A stretch of DNA of 19,359 nt from Octopus sinensis (GCF_006345805.1 NW_021824249.1:1-19359), one strand, 5' to 3'; counted from the stretch's first letter, positions 1 through 9,320 are shown. The notes: generated from the letters alone by a model not told the origin. Numbers and translations: made by a program.

Positions 1-26
1 AGCTGAGAACGTTAAGGAGAAAACCT

Positions 27-57
27 AGAGAGAGAGAGGGGGAAAGAGAGAGAGAGA

Positions 58-103
<46 letters not shown>

Positions 104-106
104 GTA

Positions 107-146
<40 letters not shown>

Positions 147-180
147 TATGTGTGTGTGTGTGAGCATGTGTGTGTGTGTA
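27..180. repeat. (AG)n followed by (GT)n/(GTAT)n microsatellite
   Basis: Directly visible. It explains ORFs 12..281, 25..237 and 64..261. Confidence 0.97.
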
Positions 181-376
181 CCGCTTGTTAGGGAAGCAGG
201 CATAATATATACATATAGAGAGAGACGGATTAAGCACTTGAAACCTAACAACCTAGCATAGGCTGATGTACATGTCTGCATGTATGATTGTTTGTCTGTG
301 TGTGTGTGTATATGTGTATCTGTATGTGTATGTGTGTGTGTGCATGTGTGTATGTGTATGTTGTTTTAGTCTAGAT

Positions 377-530
377 TCAGGTGAGCCCCGATGAACCAAG
401 TCCAATGCTTGATCAAAAGCATTCCAGCCGTGACCATCCCGTCTTTTTTCTTTTCAGGTATGCTATATTTAGGACTACATTATCTAAGGCATCCACATGT
501 TATTTCTAGCAGGTTCAGCGGCCTTTGTAG
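377..530. mobile_element. Dispersed repeat family E, copy 1 (class unknown)
   Basis: TCAAAAGCATTCCAGCCGTGACCA (413-436) matches 14996-15019 at 21/24. It carries the TATTTCTAGCAGG motif that recurs at 14501-15662. Confidence 0.6.
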
Positions 531-740
531 AATCTTGAGGTGTGTGTGTGTGTGTGAGTGTGTATGTGTGTGTCTATGCTTATTTGTCTTTGTATACGTG
601 TATGCGTGTTGTGCGTGTACAGCTCAAAGTTTGAGCCTCTGCGCGCATGTGCTTGCGTGTGTGTGTGTGTGTGTGTGTCTTTCTGTCTCTGGGTCTGCGT
701 GTAAGTATAGGCGTTTGTGTCTCCAGGCTTCGGCGTGAGT

Positions 741-1135
741 CTTTTATCTTATTATTTGTTTCAGTCTTCAGACTGCGGTCATGCCGGGACACTTGCTTTG
801 AAGAATTTTTGACCGAATGCATCGACCCCAGTGTTAAGCCTGGTACTTGCTCTATCGGACTCTTTTGCCGAACCGCTAAGTTATGGGGACGTAAACACAC
901 CAACATTGGTTGTCAAGCAGTGTTGGGAGACAAACACAGAAACGAACACACACACACACACACACATATACGACGGGCTTCTTGCAGTCTCCGCCGTCTA
1001 CCAAATCTACTCACAAGGCTTTGGTCGGCCCGAGGCTAGAGTAGAAGACACTTGACCAAAGTGCCACGCAGCAGGACTGAACCCGGAACCATGTGGTTGG
1101 AAGCAAGCCATTTACTACACGGCTATCCCCAAGCC
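741..1135 (-). mobile_element. tRNA-derived SINE, family A, near full length
   Basis: Collinear with the copies at 2871-3225 and 4528-4929. The minus-strand head carries a B-box-like GGTTCAGTCC (+ GGACTGAACC at ~1074-1083). There is an internal CA tract, and the 3' tail reads ...GACTGAAACAAA. The octopus tRNA-SINE families OK/OR1/OR2 are published, but I cannot assign this one to a name without a search. Confidence 0.9.
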
Positions 1136-1636
1136 TATGTTTATGTATGTTTGTTTGTATCTGTGTGTGGGGGCGGGGAGGGGGGTTGTTTGTGCGTATA
1201 TATAACTTACGGGAATCTGTAAAGAGCTATGTTCAGATATATTTTGAAGTGTGTGAAAATCGTTTCAATTAATATCAATTTACATCAATAAAATTAAATT
1301 TCACTTCAATTTACTTTAAATCCTTCCGCTAAGATTAAGAAGACAATTCAGATAAATATATTTCAGCTCAGTTCATTGAAGTTTATTGCCATTAAATTTT
1401 AAAAGAAAAATTTTAAAAGCAAAAGTTACAGTGCAACTTGAACAAGTACTTTTTTAGTTTTTAATATAGATTCGGGTGAACCTTCGTCTTTTAAGCTAAA
1501 GTGAGTAGACGGATATTGTGTGCAAGTCCATCGGACAGGTAAGTTCGCTTGATTAGTAGTGGAACTGGAGCTAAAGAAAAAAAACTAGTAAATTGTGAAT
1601 TTAAAAGTTTACGCGGTTAGCCGTTAATCATTAACT

Positions 1637-1794
1637 GACACTCCGTCGCTTACGAGGACGAGAGTTCCAGTTGATCCGACCAATAGAACAACCTGCTGGT
1701 GAAATTAACGCGAAAGAGGCTGAGCACTCCACAGACATGCGTACTCTTAAAGTAGTTCTCAGGGAGATTCAGCACGTCAAAGAATGCGACAAGG
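1637..1794 (-). mobile_element. 3' portion of a second octopus-type SINE (family B), 5'-truncated
   Basis: Recognised as an octopus repeat body (GAGTTCCAGTTGATCCGA...GAAATTAACG...GGCTGAGCACTCCACAGAC...GTAGTTCTC-GGGAGATTCAGC). There is only one copy in the window, so this rests on recall. Confidence 0.6.
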
Positions 1795-2182
1795 ATTTGG
1801 AGTCGAATACCCAAACCTCTAAGTTATGCGCCTTCACTGCTAACATAATAAACGTATAGATCAAAAATTATAATTAATTAAACTGACATTTGGAGTGGGG
1901 AGATATATTTCTCCTAGCTAGCTAATTTTTGTTAATAAAATAAATAATTAAGTTATAAATGAATGAATAAATGAATAAATAAAATAAATAAATGGTAGAT
2001 TTTAAGCTAATTCAAATTGGTGAAAAACAAAATGCAATAAGAAATGATTATGATTTTAATCTGTACTGTGGTGATTCTGGGCATAGTTGAACCGTTATTG
2101 ACAGCGCCTAGCTTGCCAGAAAGATAGGATTTTAGTGAGAAAGTACTTGCCCCGAAGAAGCCTGAAATTCTGCGATTTGGAG

Positions 2183-2290
2183 CAGTAGTTCCCAACTGGG
2201 GTTCATATAAGCTTTTGAGGGGTTCATATATGTAAAAGAGTAAATTGATTGTCCACAGTGGTATTTTAGATGTCCATGGAAAACATTTTT
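2183..2290 (+). mobile_element. hAT (Charlie-like) non-autonomous element terminus
   Basis: Begins CAGTAGTTCCCAACTGGGG, which resembles the CAGTGGTTC(C/T)CAAC terminal repeat of Charlie-type hATs. The sub-terminal GGGGTTCATAT motif is repeated twice. Confidence 0.45.
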
Positions 2291-2355
2291 ATTATACGTA
2301 CGTATTGCAAAAAACTAGATTTCTTTCTCAACACTTAGTTCTATATTAGTTTGGT

Positions 2356-2650
2356 CCTTCTCGAGCCATCCCTGGCTCATAAGGGCCGGTTTCCCGGTTT
2401 CATTGGCATATAGGTTCCCCACCTGGACGGGACGCCGGTCCGTCGTAGGTGAGCTGCAAGATACAGGAGGAAAGAATGAGAGAAAGTTGTGACGAAAGAG
2501 TCAGCAGAAGTTCGCCATTGCCTTCTGCCGGAGCCGCGTGGAGCTTAGGTGTTTCTCTCATAAACACACGGATCGTCCGGTCTGAGATTCAAACCCGCGA
2601 TCCCTCGACCGCGAGTCCGCTGCTCTAACCGCTAGGCCATGTGCTTCCAC
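2356..2650 (-). mobile_element. tRNA-derived SINE, family C, full length with decayed TSD
   Basis: Minus-strand A box TGGCCTAGCGG (2639-2629) and B box GGGTTTGAATCTC (2596-2584). The flanks TAGTTCTATATTAGTTTG (2336-2353) and TAGTTCAATATAATTTTG (2651-2668) match at 15/18. Confidence 0.9.
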
Positions 2651-2870
2651 TAGTTCAATATAATTTTGTGTAAGGCTAGCAGAGCAGCATCAACCACAAG
2701 GCTCGCATTGAAGTAGCGCTAAACTAATATTGTTTCTCTTTTAATGAATATGGCCCTGTATATTTATTAGTTATTTTACTCGTAAAGATTAATTATCTGT
2801 AGAATTTAATTAGTTGTTAAAAGTTTCCTGCAATAAATTACTTATATGTCTACAATACGCGTAATGCTTC

Positions 2871-3225
2871 ATTCTTTTATTTTTTTACTTGTTTCCGTCA
2901 TTTGACTGCGGCTATGTTGGAGCACCGCTTTAAAGGAGTTTTTAGGTGAAGAAATCGACCCCAGGACTTATTCTTTGTAAGCCTAGTGCTTATTCTATCG
3001 GTCTCTTTTGCCGAAACACTAAGTTACGGAGACGTAAACGCACCAGCATCGGTTGCCAAGCGATGGTGGCGAGGGGAGGAGAGACACAAACACAATGACA
3101 CACATACACACATCTCTCAGTTTCCGTTTACCAAATCCACTTATAAGGCTTTGGTCAAAGTGCCACGCAGAGGAACTGAACCTGGAACCATGTAGTTGGG
3201 AAGCAAGCTTCTTACCACACGCCAC
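2871..3225 (-). mobile_element. SINE family A copy with ~30-nt internal deletion
   Basis: Collinear with 4528-4929 but jumps from TTGGTC directly to AAAGTGCCACG (~3156), lacking the GGCCC...GAAGACACTTGCCC block. Confidence 0.9.
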
Positions 3226-3367
3226 TTTTAACAATTTTTGTACAGGTCCAAATATTTAATTATAAAAACACAATAGGACTTTCTAAATATCGAATGGTTT
3301 TGTGTGTGTCTATCAGTAAAATGGTAATCAAAGGGATCCATAGGTGAAAAATGGTTGAAAACCACTG
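3226..3367 (-). mobile_element. hAT (Charlie-like) MITE terminus
   Basis: The minus strand begins CAGTGGTTTTCAACCATTTTTCACCTATGGATCCC, a typical Charlie-type terminus. The opposite end is not adjacent. Confidence 0.5.
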
Positions 3368-3434
3368 GTTTTGAAGAAGGCAACCAAGGAAATATAAAAT
3401 GTTTTGAATGTGTATATATTGAGGCCGCTAGCAC

Positions 3435-3524
3435 TATATATATACACATACATACATCATACATACATAATACATACATACATACATACATAACATACAT
3501 ACATATATATATATATATATAGAA

Positions 3525-3568
<44 letters not shown>
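3435..3568. repeat. (TACA)n/(TA)n microsatellite
   Basis: Directly visible. Confidence 0.95.
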
Positions 3569-3569
<1 letters not shown>

Positions 3570-3665
3570 GTGGTGTACATGTTTTATATATAAGAAAAGA
3601 CGGTAGTCAGGATGTCTGTCCATTCAGAGATTCATTATGAATGATTCTTATTGAAAATTCATAAT

Positions 3666-3823
3666 GGTGTGTGTGTGTGTGTGTATGTGTGTGTGTGTGT
3701 GTGTGTGTGTTGTGTGTGTGTGTGCGTGTGTGTGCGTGTGCGTGTGTGTGTGTGTGTATCTGTGTGTGTGTGTGTGTGTGTGTGGGTGTGTGTGTGCGTT
3801 TGCGTGAGAGAAGAGAGAGAGAG
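3666..3823. repeat. (GT)n + (AG)n microsatellite
   Basis: Directly visible. Confidence 0.95.
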
Positions 3824-4333
3824 AGGTGGTGATAGTTGAGTTTTTAAAAAAATCTGGAGTTGAATTTGTTTTCTTCAGTTTTCGAAGATCTTTGTTATAT
3901 TGAAATTTCTTTCTAAGATGCAACAATTTTAAGTATCTCTGAAGGAAAAGGGAAAGAATTTTAAGGAAATGTGAGAAATTTCGCGATTGGATTCACTTGT
4001 AAGGGAAGCAGGACATGTGTTTCTTTTGAAGATTTGAAGCTGAAAACACGGTAACCATTGTTTCTATTGCAACCAGAAGTGAAGTTCATTTCAATAAAAT
4101 TTCACTAATTAAACCTTTGCAATAACATCAAGATGAAGCGTTTTTGGTGTATGCTCCTGCTTCTTCACAGCTAGCAGAGCTAATGTGATTAGTGTTAGAC
4201 GATATAATCTGAACTTAACTTGTGCGTCAGACTTACACGGGAATTTAATTGTTTGTGGTTAGATTTAGTTGTCTGTGTGTTTATTGTAGGTTTGTACTAT
4301 GTTGTGATTACTGTTTCCATTATTATTTACTTT

Positions 4334-4420
4334 CTGAGTTCAAATCACACCAAAGTCAACCTAATCTTCGATATTTCCATGGTGGATAAAATGAAGTACC
4401 AGTGAAGTACTGAGTTCGAC
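4334..4420 (+). mobile_element. Degenerate SINE family D fragment (B box plus Meta-like core)
   Basis: CTGAGTTCAAATC...GATAAAATGAAGTACCAGTG parallels GGGGTTCAAATTC...ATAAATTAAGTACCAGTTG at 10968-11039. Confidence 0.6.
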
Positions 4421-4527
4421 TCACCTCATATCTAAATTGATGATGTAATTGATGATGCAATCTCTAATCGATCTATCCAACGGTAAGCAATATAGATGTC
4501 GAATCAGCTTCCTTCGTCTAGCTGTGA

Positions 4528-4929
4528 TACTCTTTACTTGTTTCAGTCATTTGACTGCGGCCATGCTGGAGCACCGCCTTTAGTCGAGCAAATCGACCCC
4601 GGGACTTATTCTTTGTAAGCCAAGTACTTATTCTATCGGTCTCTTTTGCCGAAACGCTAAGTGACGGGGACGTAAACACACCAGCATTGTTGTCAAGCAA
4701 TGCTAGGGGACAAACAACAACACACAAACACACACATACACACACATATATATATATATACATTATATACGACAGGGCTTCTTCAGTTTCCGTCTACCAA
4801 ATCCTCTCACAAGGCATTGGTCGGCCCCGGGGCTATAGCAGAAGACACTTGCCCAAGATGCCACGCAGTGGGACTGAACCCGGAACCATGTGTTGGTTAG
4901 CAAGCTACTTACCACACAGCCACTCCTGC
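4528..4929 (-). mobile_element. SINE family A, full length, least diverged copy
   Basis: A box TGGCTGTGTGG (4922-4912), B box GGTTCAGTCCC (4880-4870), internal CA/TA tract, and 3' end ...CCAGCATGGCCGCAGTCAAATGACTGAAACAAGTAAAGAGTA. Confidence 0.93.
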
Positions 4930-5120
4930 AGTTCACTTAGGCTAGCTTTTCCACGATTTCATTGTTCGTGATGTCAGGATATTTCTAAGGCAATGAAAAA
5001 TGTCACTTAGATCAGAAACAATTGCTAATAGTCTATTATTCAAAGGAATTCAGTAGAGTATAGATGTTTTTCTATGTATTTTTCCTTTTGTGTTGTAAAT
5101 TAAATTTACAGAATGCCTTT

Positions 5121-5265
5121 TACCTTTTACTTGTTTCAGTCTCTTGACTACGGCCATGCTGGGGCGTCGTTCAAAGGGCTTTAGTTCAACAAATCGACGG
5201 CAGGACTTCCTTTTTAAGTCTGGTTCTTATTCTATCAAAGTCTATTTGCCGAACCGCTAGGTTAT
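5121..5265 (-). mobile_element. SINE family A, 3' segment
   Basis: TTACTTGTTTCAGTC...GGCCATGCTGGGG...TTATTCTATC...TTTGCCGAACCGCTA aligns to 4535-4661. Confidence 0.85.
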
Positions 5266-5411
5266 AAAAAAAATAAATAATGTATGCAAAAAGTCCTGAC
5301 AAGTGATAAGAGTGGAATACAATCGTTTCAGTGCATTTAATAACGTGTCTAGAAGGAAAGCTGCTCATTACTTACGTATGTGTGTGTACACGTAAAAAGT
5401 AAGTAACGTAA

Positions 5412-5565
5412 TGCATACATACATACATACATACAAACATACACACAAATATACATACATACATGCATACATACATACATACATGTATACATACATACAT
5501 ACATACATAAATACATACACATACATACATACATGCATGCATACATACATACATACATACATACA

Positions 5566-5601
<36 letters not shown>

Positions 5602-5608
5602 TATACAT
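5412..5608. repeat. (TACA)n tetranucleotide array
   Basis: Directly visible. It explains ORFs 5349..5693, 5368..5661, 5372..5776 and 5411..5623. Confidence 0.97.
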
Positions 5609-5924
5609 GATATATACATATGAGTAGTTTGATGCGGACTGCCACACACACACACGCGCACTCAAATAAACACACACACACACAAACACACATTTATATA
5701 TATACACACACACACACCTTTTGTGTTCTATTTGCTGTTTGTTCAACCTAGCATATATGTACACACACATATGCAAAAATTTATGTACCCATATATATGT
5801 GTGTGTTTACGTGCGTATGTGAGTGTGGTTTGTGTGTGTGTGTGTGTATATAAAATCATCATGTGATTGCTAGACAAGAGTGCACGTAGACACGCGCGCG
5901 CGCACACACACTTACACAAACACA

Positions 5925-5975
5925 CATATGATGGGCGTCTTTCAGTTTCCATCACAAAATTTTGGTCAGCCCGGA
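5925..5975 (-). mobile_element. SINE family A, middle segment
   Basis: CATATGATGGGCGTCTTTCAGTTTCCATC...TTGGTCAGCCCGG resembles TATACGACAGGGCTTCTTCAGTTTCCGTC...TTGGTCGGCCCCGG at 4766-4830. Confidence 0.65.
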
Positions 5976-6225
5976 ACTTTGTATTGCATTGTTATTTTTA
6001 GAAGAGTAAATATTTATCATTTTACAAGAACGATGACAGTATAACAGTGACTTCGAATTTTGGGCATGATATCGCTCCGTCGAAGGCTAGGAGGTTGAAC
6101 CTACGAAATCAATCTCACCATTCTTCTTAAAAATATAATACACACACACTCATATACACACAAACACGCTGATCTGCACACACACACACACACACACAAT
6201 CGAAATTTTCTGAATTGAGTACTTT

Positions 6226-6264
<39 letters not shown>

Positions 6265-6399
6265 AGTATAAATGACGTTGTAGCCCCGGATTCGGGTGGA
6301 GGGCCACAATGGGAATACCGTACCTTTTAAACGTACCAGGACCTAAAATTTATATATTTACGAAAAATATGAAATGTGTTCTCATATTTATTATATATT

Positions 6400-6436
<37 letters not shown>

Positions 6437-6440
<4 letters not shown>

Positions 6441-6556
6441 CCTGCTTGCTTAGCCACGGGGTGGCGTCATTTGAAGGCTAAAACAATGCGAAGCGCTTGT
6501 GACCAGCGATGTGTAGTAACATCTGATAGCCTGGTCGGTCACGGTGATCACGGTGA
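6437..6556 (+). mobile_element. 3' segment of an octopus-type SINE embedded in (TA)n
   Basis: A GC-richer block ending in a tandem 9-mer (CACGGTGAT x2) and then TA repeats, as expected for a retroposon tail. I recall this sequence as the alternative 3' end of a family sharing the family C head, which is unverified. Confidence 0.5.
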
Positions 6557-6848
6557 TATATTTATATATATATATCGCAAATTACGTTAAATGATGATGA
6601 TGATGATGATGATGATAAATGCAAACACATATATACGCATATATGCACATCTACAAATACAAATTCATGAACACACAAATACAGACATACTCACATACAT
6701 AAATTCATACATACATACATACATACATACATACATAAAGTATACATATACCTCGTAGTACAGCATGAAAGCGTGTGATAATCTATTGAAAGAGGCGGGA
6801 TTGTTTGCATGTAATCGCACCCTACGACTACTGCAGTACTCTACTCAC

Positions 6849-6929
6849 CATCCACCACAACCTTCCTTGTTTCTGGGTGAGAGGAGGTGACTGGGCGTTG
6901 GGAAGAGTAGCATTAACAAGGCAATCAGT
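6849..6929 (-). CDS. Candidate 81-nt internal exon of an unidentified host gene
   Basis: Minus strand: the pyrimidine tract TTCCGTTTCTCCCTCCTATATCAG precedes it and ATG|GTGAGT follows it. The length is a multiple of 3 and two frames are open. No homology recognised. Confidence 0.25.
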
Positions 6930-7425
6930 CTGATATAGGAGGGAGAAACGGAAGGCATGGGTGTGAATGAATATTTTAAAGAAGAGAAAAATAAAGTGAT
7001 AGGCATGGTGGTGCAAAGGAGGCGACGGCGACGGCGACTTTTAAGGCAGAAAGGAAATGTGACGGGCGAAGTGATAAGAGCGTGCAAAGGAGTAAAATAT
7101 TGCACTATGCATTAGAAGGAGGGTAGAAGGAGGAGGAGGAGGTGGTTGTGTATGTGTGTGTGTGTGTGAAGGGGATGGGGGGGGGGTGAAAATGTTTAGG
7201 GATTTGAAGCAGGAGAGAGTCATAAAACATATATATATAGAAAAAAATAGAGACGGAAGGAGAAATGGCTCAGTCTAATTGACGCAAGCACACACATAAA
7301 CGCGCGTACGTTGCACATCCTCGTCCGTTTCACGCATGTAAACAAATATTTGCCGTTTGACTCTCCTCTTCTCCTTTTCTCTCTCCCTATCTCTCCCATC
7401 CTCCCTCTCTCTCCCTATATATATC

Positions 7426-7471
<46 letters not shown>

Positions 7472-7510
7472 TAGATAGACAGACAGACAGATATATATAT
7501 ATATATATAT

Positions 7511-7700
7511 TCTACTTGGTTTAGTAATTGGGCCGCGGCCATGCTGGGGCACCACCTTAAAGGATTTAGTTCAACAAAACGACCCCAGTACTCTAGAATA
7601 CGTCTGGCACTTTATTCTCTCGTTATGTTGTGGGAATGTAAGCAAATCAACGCCGGTTGTCAGGGGGTGTGAAGGGACACAAAGACACACACACACACAC
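7511..7700 (-). mobile_element. Diverged SINE family A, 3' half
   Basis: GCGGCCATGCTGGGGCACCACCTTAAAGG...ACGACCCCAGTACT...GGTTGTCA...GGGACACAAAGACACAC follows the family A order. Confidence 0.8.
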
Positions 7701-7707
7701 ACGCATA

Positions 7708-7748
<41 letters not shown>

Positions 7749-7976
7749 TCTTCAGTCATTTGATTTTGATTTCGCCTTTTCTTCTGTTTTCGATTGACCA
7801 TTTTTGCAGTGGCTAGCTTGGAAAACTATATATTTTCCTGCGTCAATATAAACTACATTCAGGTTACAATGAACTGAAGATTAGTTAAGCTGATTTGTGA
7901 TCTTTACTTCTTGCGTAACAAGCTTCAGTTTATTATGAAACATTTGTAGTGTGCAATTTACCTTTTCCACCCTTGT

Positions 7977-8420
7977 TTATTGCATTTTATTTACATTCTT
8001 TGCAGCTTTCGTTGCTAAACCATCAGTAAATCTTAAGAAGGTCTTGCAGATTTTCATAGTCCCTGATATCGTGATCATCTGTTGGTTATGAATTAAGGAT
8101 TTGCTTTCTCTCCCCCAAGATTCCAAGTTTGCTCCTGAGTGGTTGGTATGTATTCTTTTGCGTCAGAAATAATGGGTATGGAGCTGAAAATTTATCTTGG
8201 GTACTGGATCTGCAAATTCCTTACCAATGGTATATAGATGTCCTCTTTCTCGTGTATTTTTCTAACCACATTCGTGTCCAGAGAGCAGCTAATTTCCACA
8301 ACGGGACATATCTTTTCTTCATGCTCCTTCTCAACAATATCTGGCTGGTTGTATCTTAAAGTTGGTGGCTGTTTTAATTTTCAAGTTCCCCGGGTATTCT
8401 TTTGAATACTGGTAGAACTT
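7977..8420 (-). mobile_element. Decayed 3' ORF fragment of an RLE-type non-LTR retrotransposon (R2 group, most like R4/Dong)
   Basis: Manual translation across two frameshifts and one stop (TAA 8194-8192): KEYPGNLKIKTATN / LRYNQPDIVEKEHEEKICPVVEISCSLDTNVVRKIHEKEDIYIPLVRNLQIQYPR*IFSSIPIISDAKEYIP / NLESWGRESKSLIHNQQMITISGTMKICKTFLRF...KMQ*. This shows the PD...E...K nuclease pattern (PD at 8344-8339) and the C-terminal GTxKICKTF motif (8063-8037). Confidence 0.85.
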
Positions 8421-8515
8421 GTATGTATGTATGTATGTATGTATGTATGTATGTATGTATGTATGTATGTATGTATGTATGTGTGTGTGTGTGTGCGTGT
8501 ATGTATGTATGTATA
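8421..8515. repeat. (GTAT)n/(GT)n microsatellite at the truncated 5' end of the RLE fragment
   Basis: Directly visible. Confidence 0.95.
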
Positions 8516-8516
8516 T

Positions 8517-8780
8517 CAGTAGTTAGGGCGTTGCACTCAAGATCGTAAGATTGTGGTTTCAATTCTCAGACCGGGAGATGCATTGCGTTATCTTCATGTA
8601 CATGTCTTCTGCTATAGCCCCCGGCTAACCGAAACCTTGTAAGTGGATTTGGCATACAGAAACTGAAAGAAACCATATATCTATGGGTGTTGTTTTGTTT
8701 ACATCCCCGTAACATAGCGGTTTGGTATAAACAATTGATAGAATAAGCAAGAGACTTTAAATTATAAGTACTGGGTTAGT
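8517..8780 (+). mobile_element. Composite SINE: family-C-like tRNA head plus family A body and 3' part
   Basis: 8517-8579 aligns without gaps to the family C head (about 41/63 by hand). From ~8603, TGTCTTCTGCTATAGCCCC is identical to the reverse complement of the family A copy near 4828-4848. Confidence 0.7.
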
Positions 8781-8781
8781 C

Positions 8782-9197
8782 CAGTAAGTGCGGTAAGATG
8801 TTTGCCTCTCAACCGCATGGTTCCAGGTTCGGTCCCGTTGCGTGGCACCTTGGGCAGGTGCCTTCTTCTAGAGCCTCGGTCCGACCAAAGCCTTGTTAGT
8901 AAATTACGTGTGTGTGTGTGTGTGTGTGTATCTGAGAGAGGGAGGGGAGGGGTGCTCAGTACGTGCGTCCGTGTACATAAGTGCGTGTGCCCGCGTTTCT
9001 TTGTCCCCCACCGGCTTTATATCCAGTGTTACTGTGTTTACATACTCGTAACTTAGCGGTTCGGCAAAGACACAGACAGAATAAGTAACAAGCCTTTAAA
9101 AAATAAGTACTGTAGTCATTTCATTCGACTAAATCCTTCTTCAAGGCGGTGCCCCAGCATGGCTACAGTCGAATGACAGAAAATAGTAAAAGATAAA
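8782..9197 (+). mobile_element. SINE family A, near full length, plus strand
   Basis: Head GCGGTAAG...CAACCGCATGGTTCCAGGTTCGGTCCCGTTGCGTGGCACCTTGGGCAGGTG, GT tract, and 3' end AAGGCGGTGCCCCAGCATGGCTACAGTCGAATGACAGAAAATAGTAAAAGATAA. Confidence 0.88.
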
Positions 9198-9249
9198 TAT
9201 ATATATATATATATAAATACACACTGAGAGGGAGAGGTATCTAGATAGG

Positions 9250-9250
9250 C

Positions 9251-9320
<70 letters not shown>
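9250..9320. repeat. (GATA)n array
   Basis: Directly visible. Confidence 0.97.

Noticed and set aside
1470-1544. Plus-strand exon-like segment with acceptor TTTTAATATAG and donors AAA|GTGAGT and CAG|GTAAGT
   Set aside because: All three frames are blocked if the strong donor is used. Such signals arise by chance in 19 kb and nothing links it to another exon.
1671-1859. Protein-like 62-aa ORF MIRPIEQPAGEINAKE...
   Set aside because: It lies over the antisense strand of the family B SINE body and starts at TTG.
4427-4520. Minus-strand open stretch RRRKLIRHLYCLPLDRSIRDCIINYIINLDM ending at a GAG|GTGAGT donor
   Set aside because: There is no pyrimidine-rich acceptor because it abuts a SINE tail. 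The donor sits at the edge of a family D remnant, and there is no convincing motif.
6067-6111. Second hammerhead-like string TGAT-A-TCGCT-CCGTCGA-AGGCTAGGAGGTTGAACCTAC-GAAA-TCA
   Set aside because: The core words and a possible stem III (TGAT/ATCA) are present. However, only 5 unpaired nt lie where stem I should be, and stem II needs a bulge, so it cannot fold as a hammerhead.
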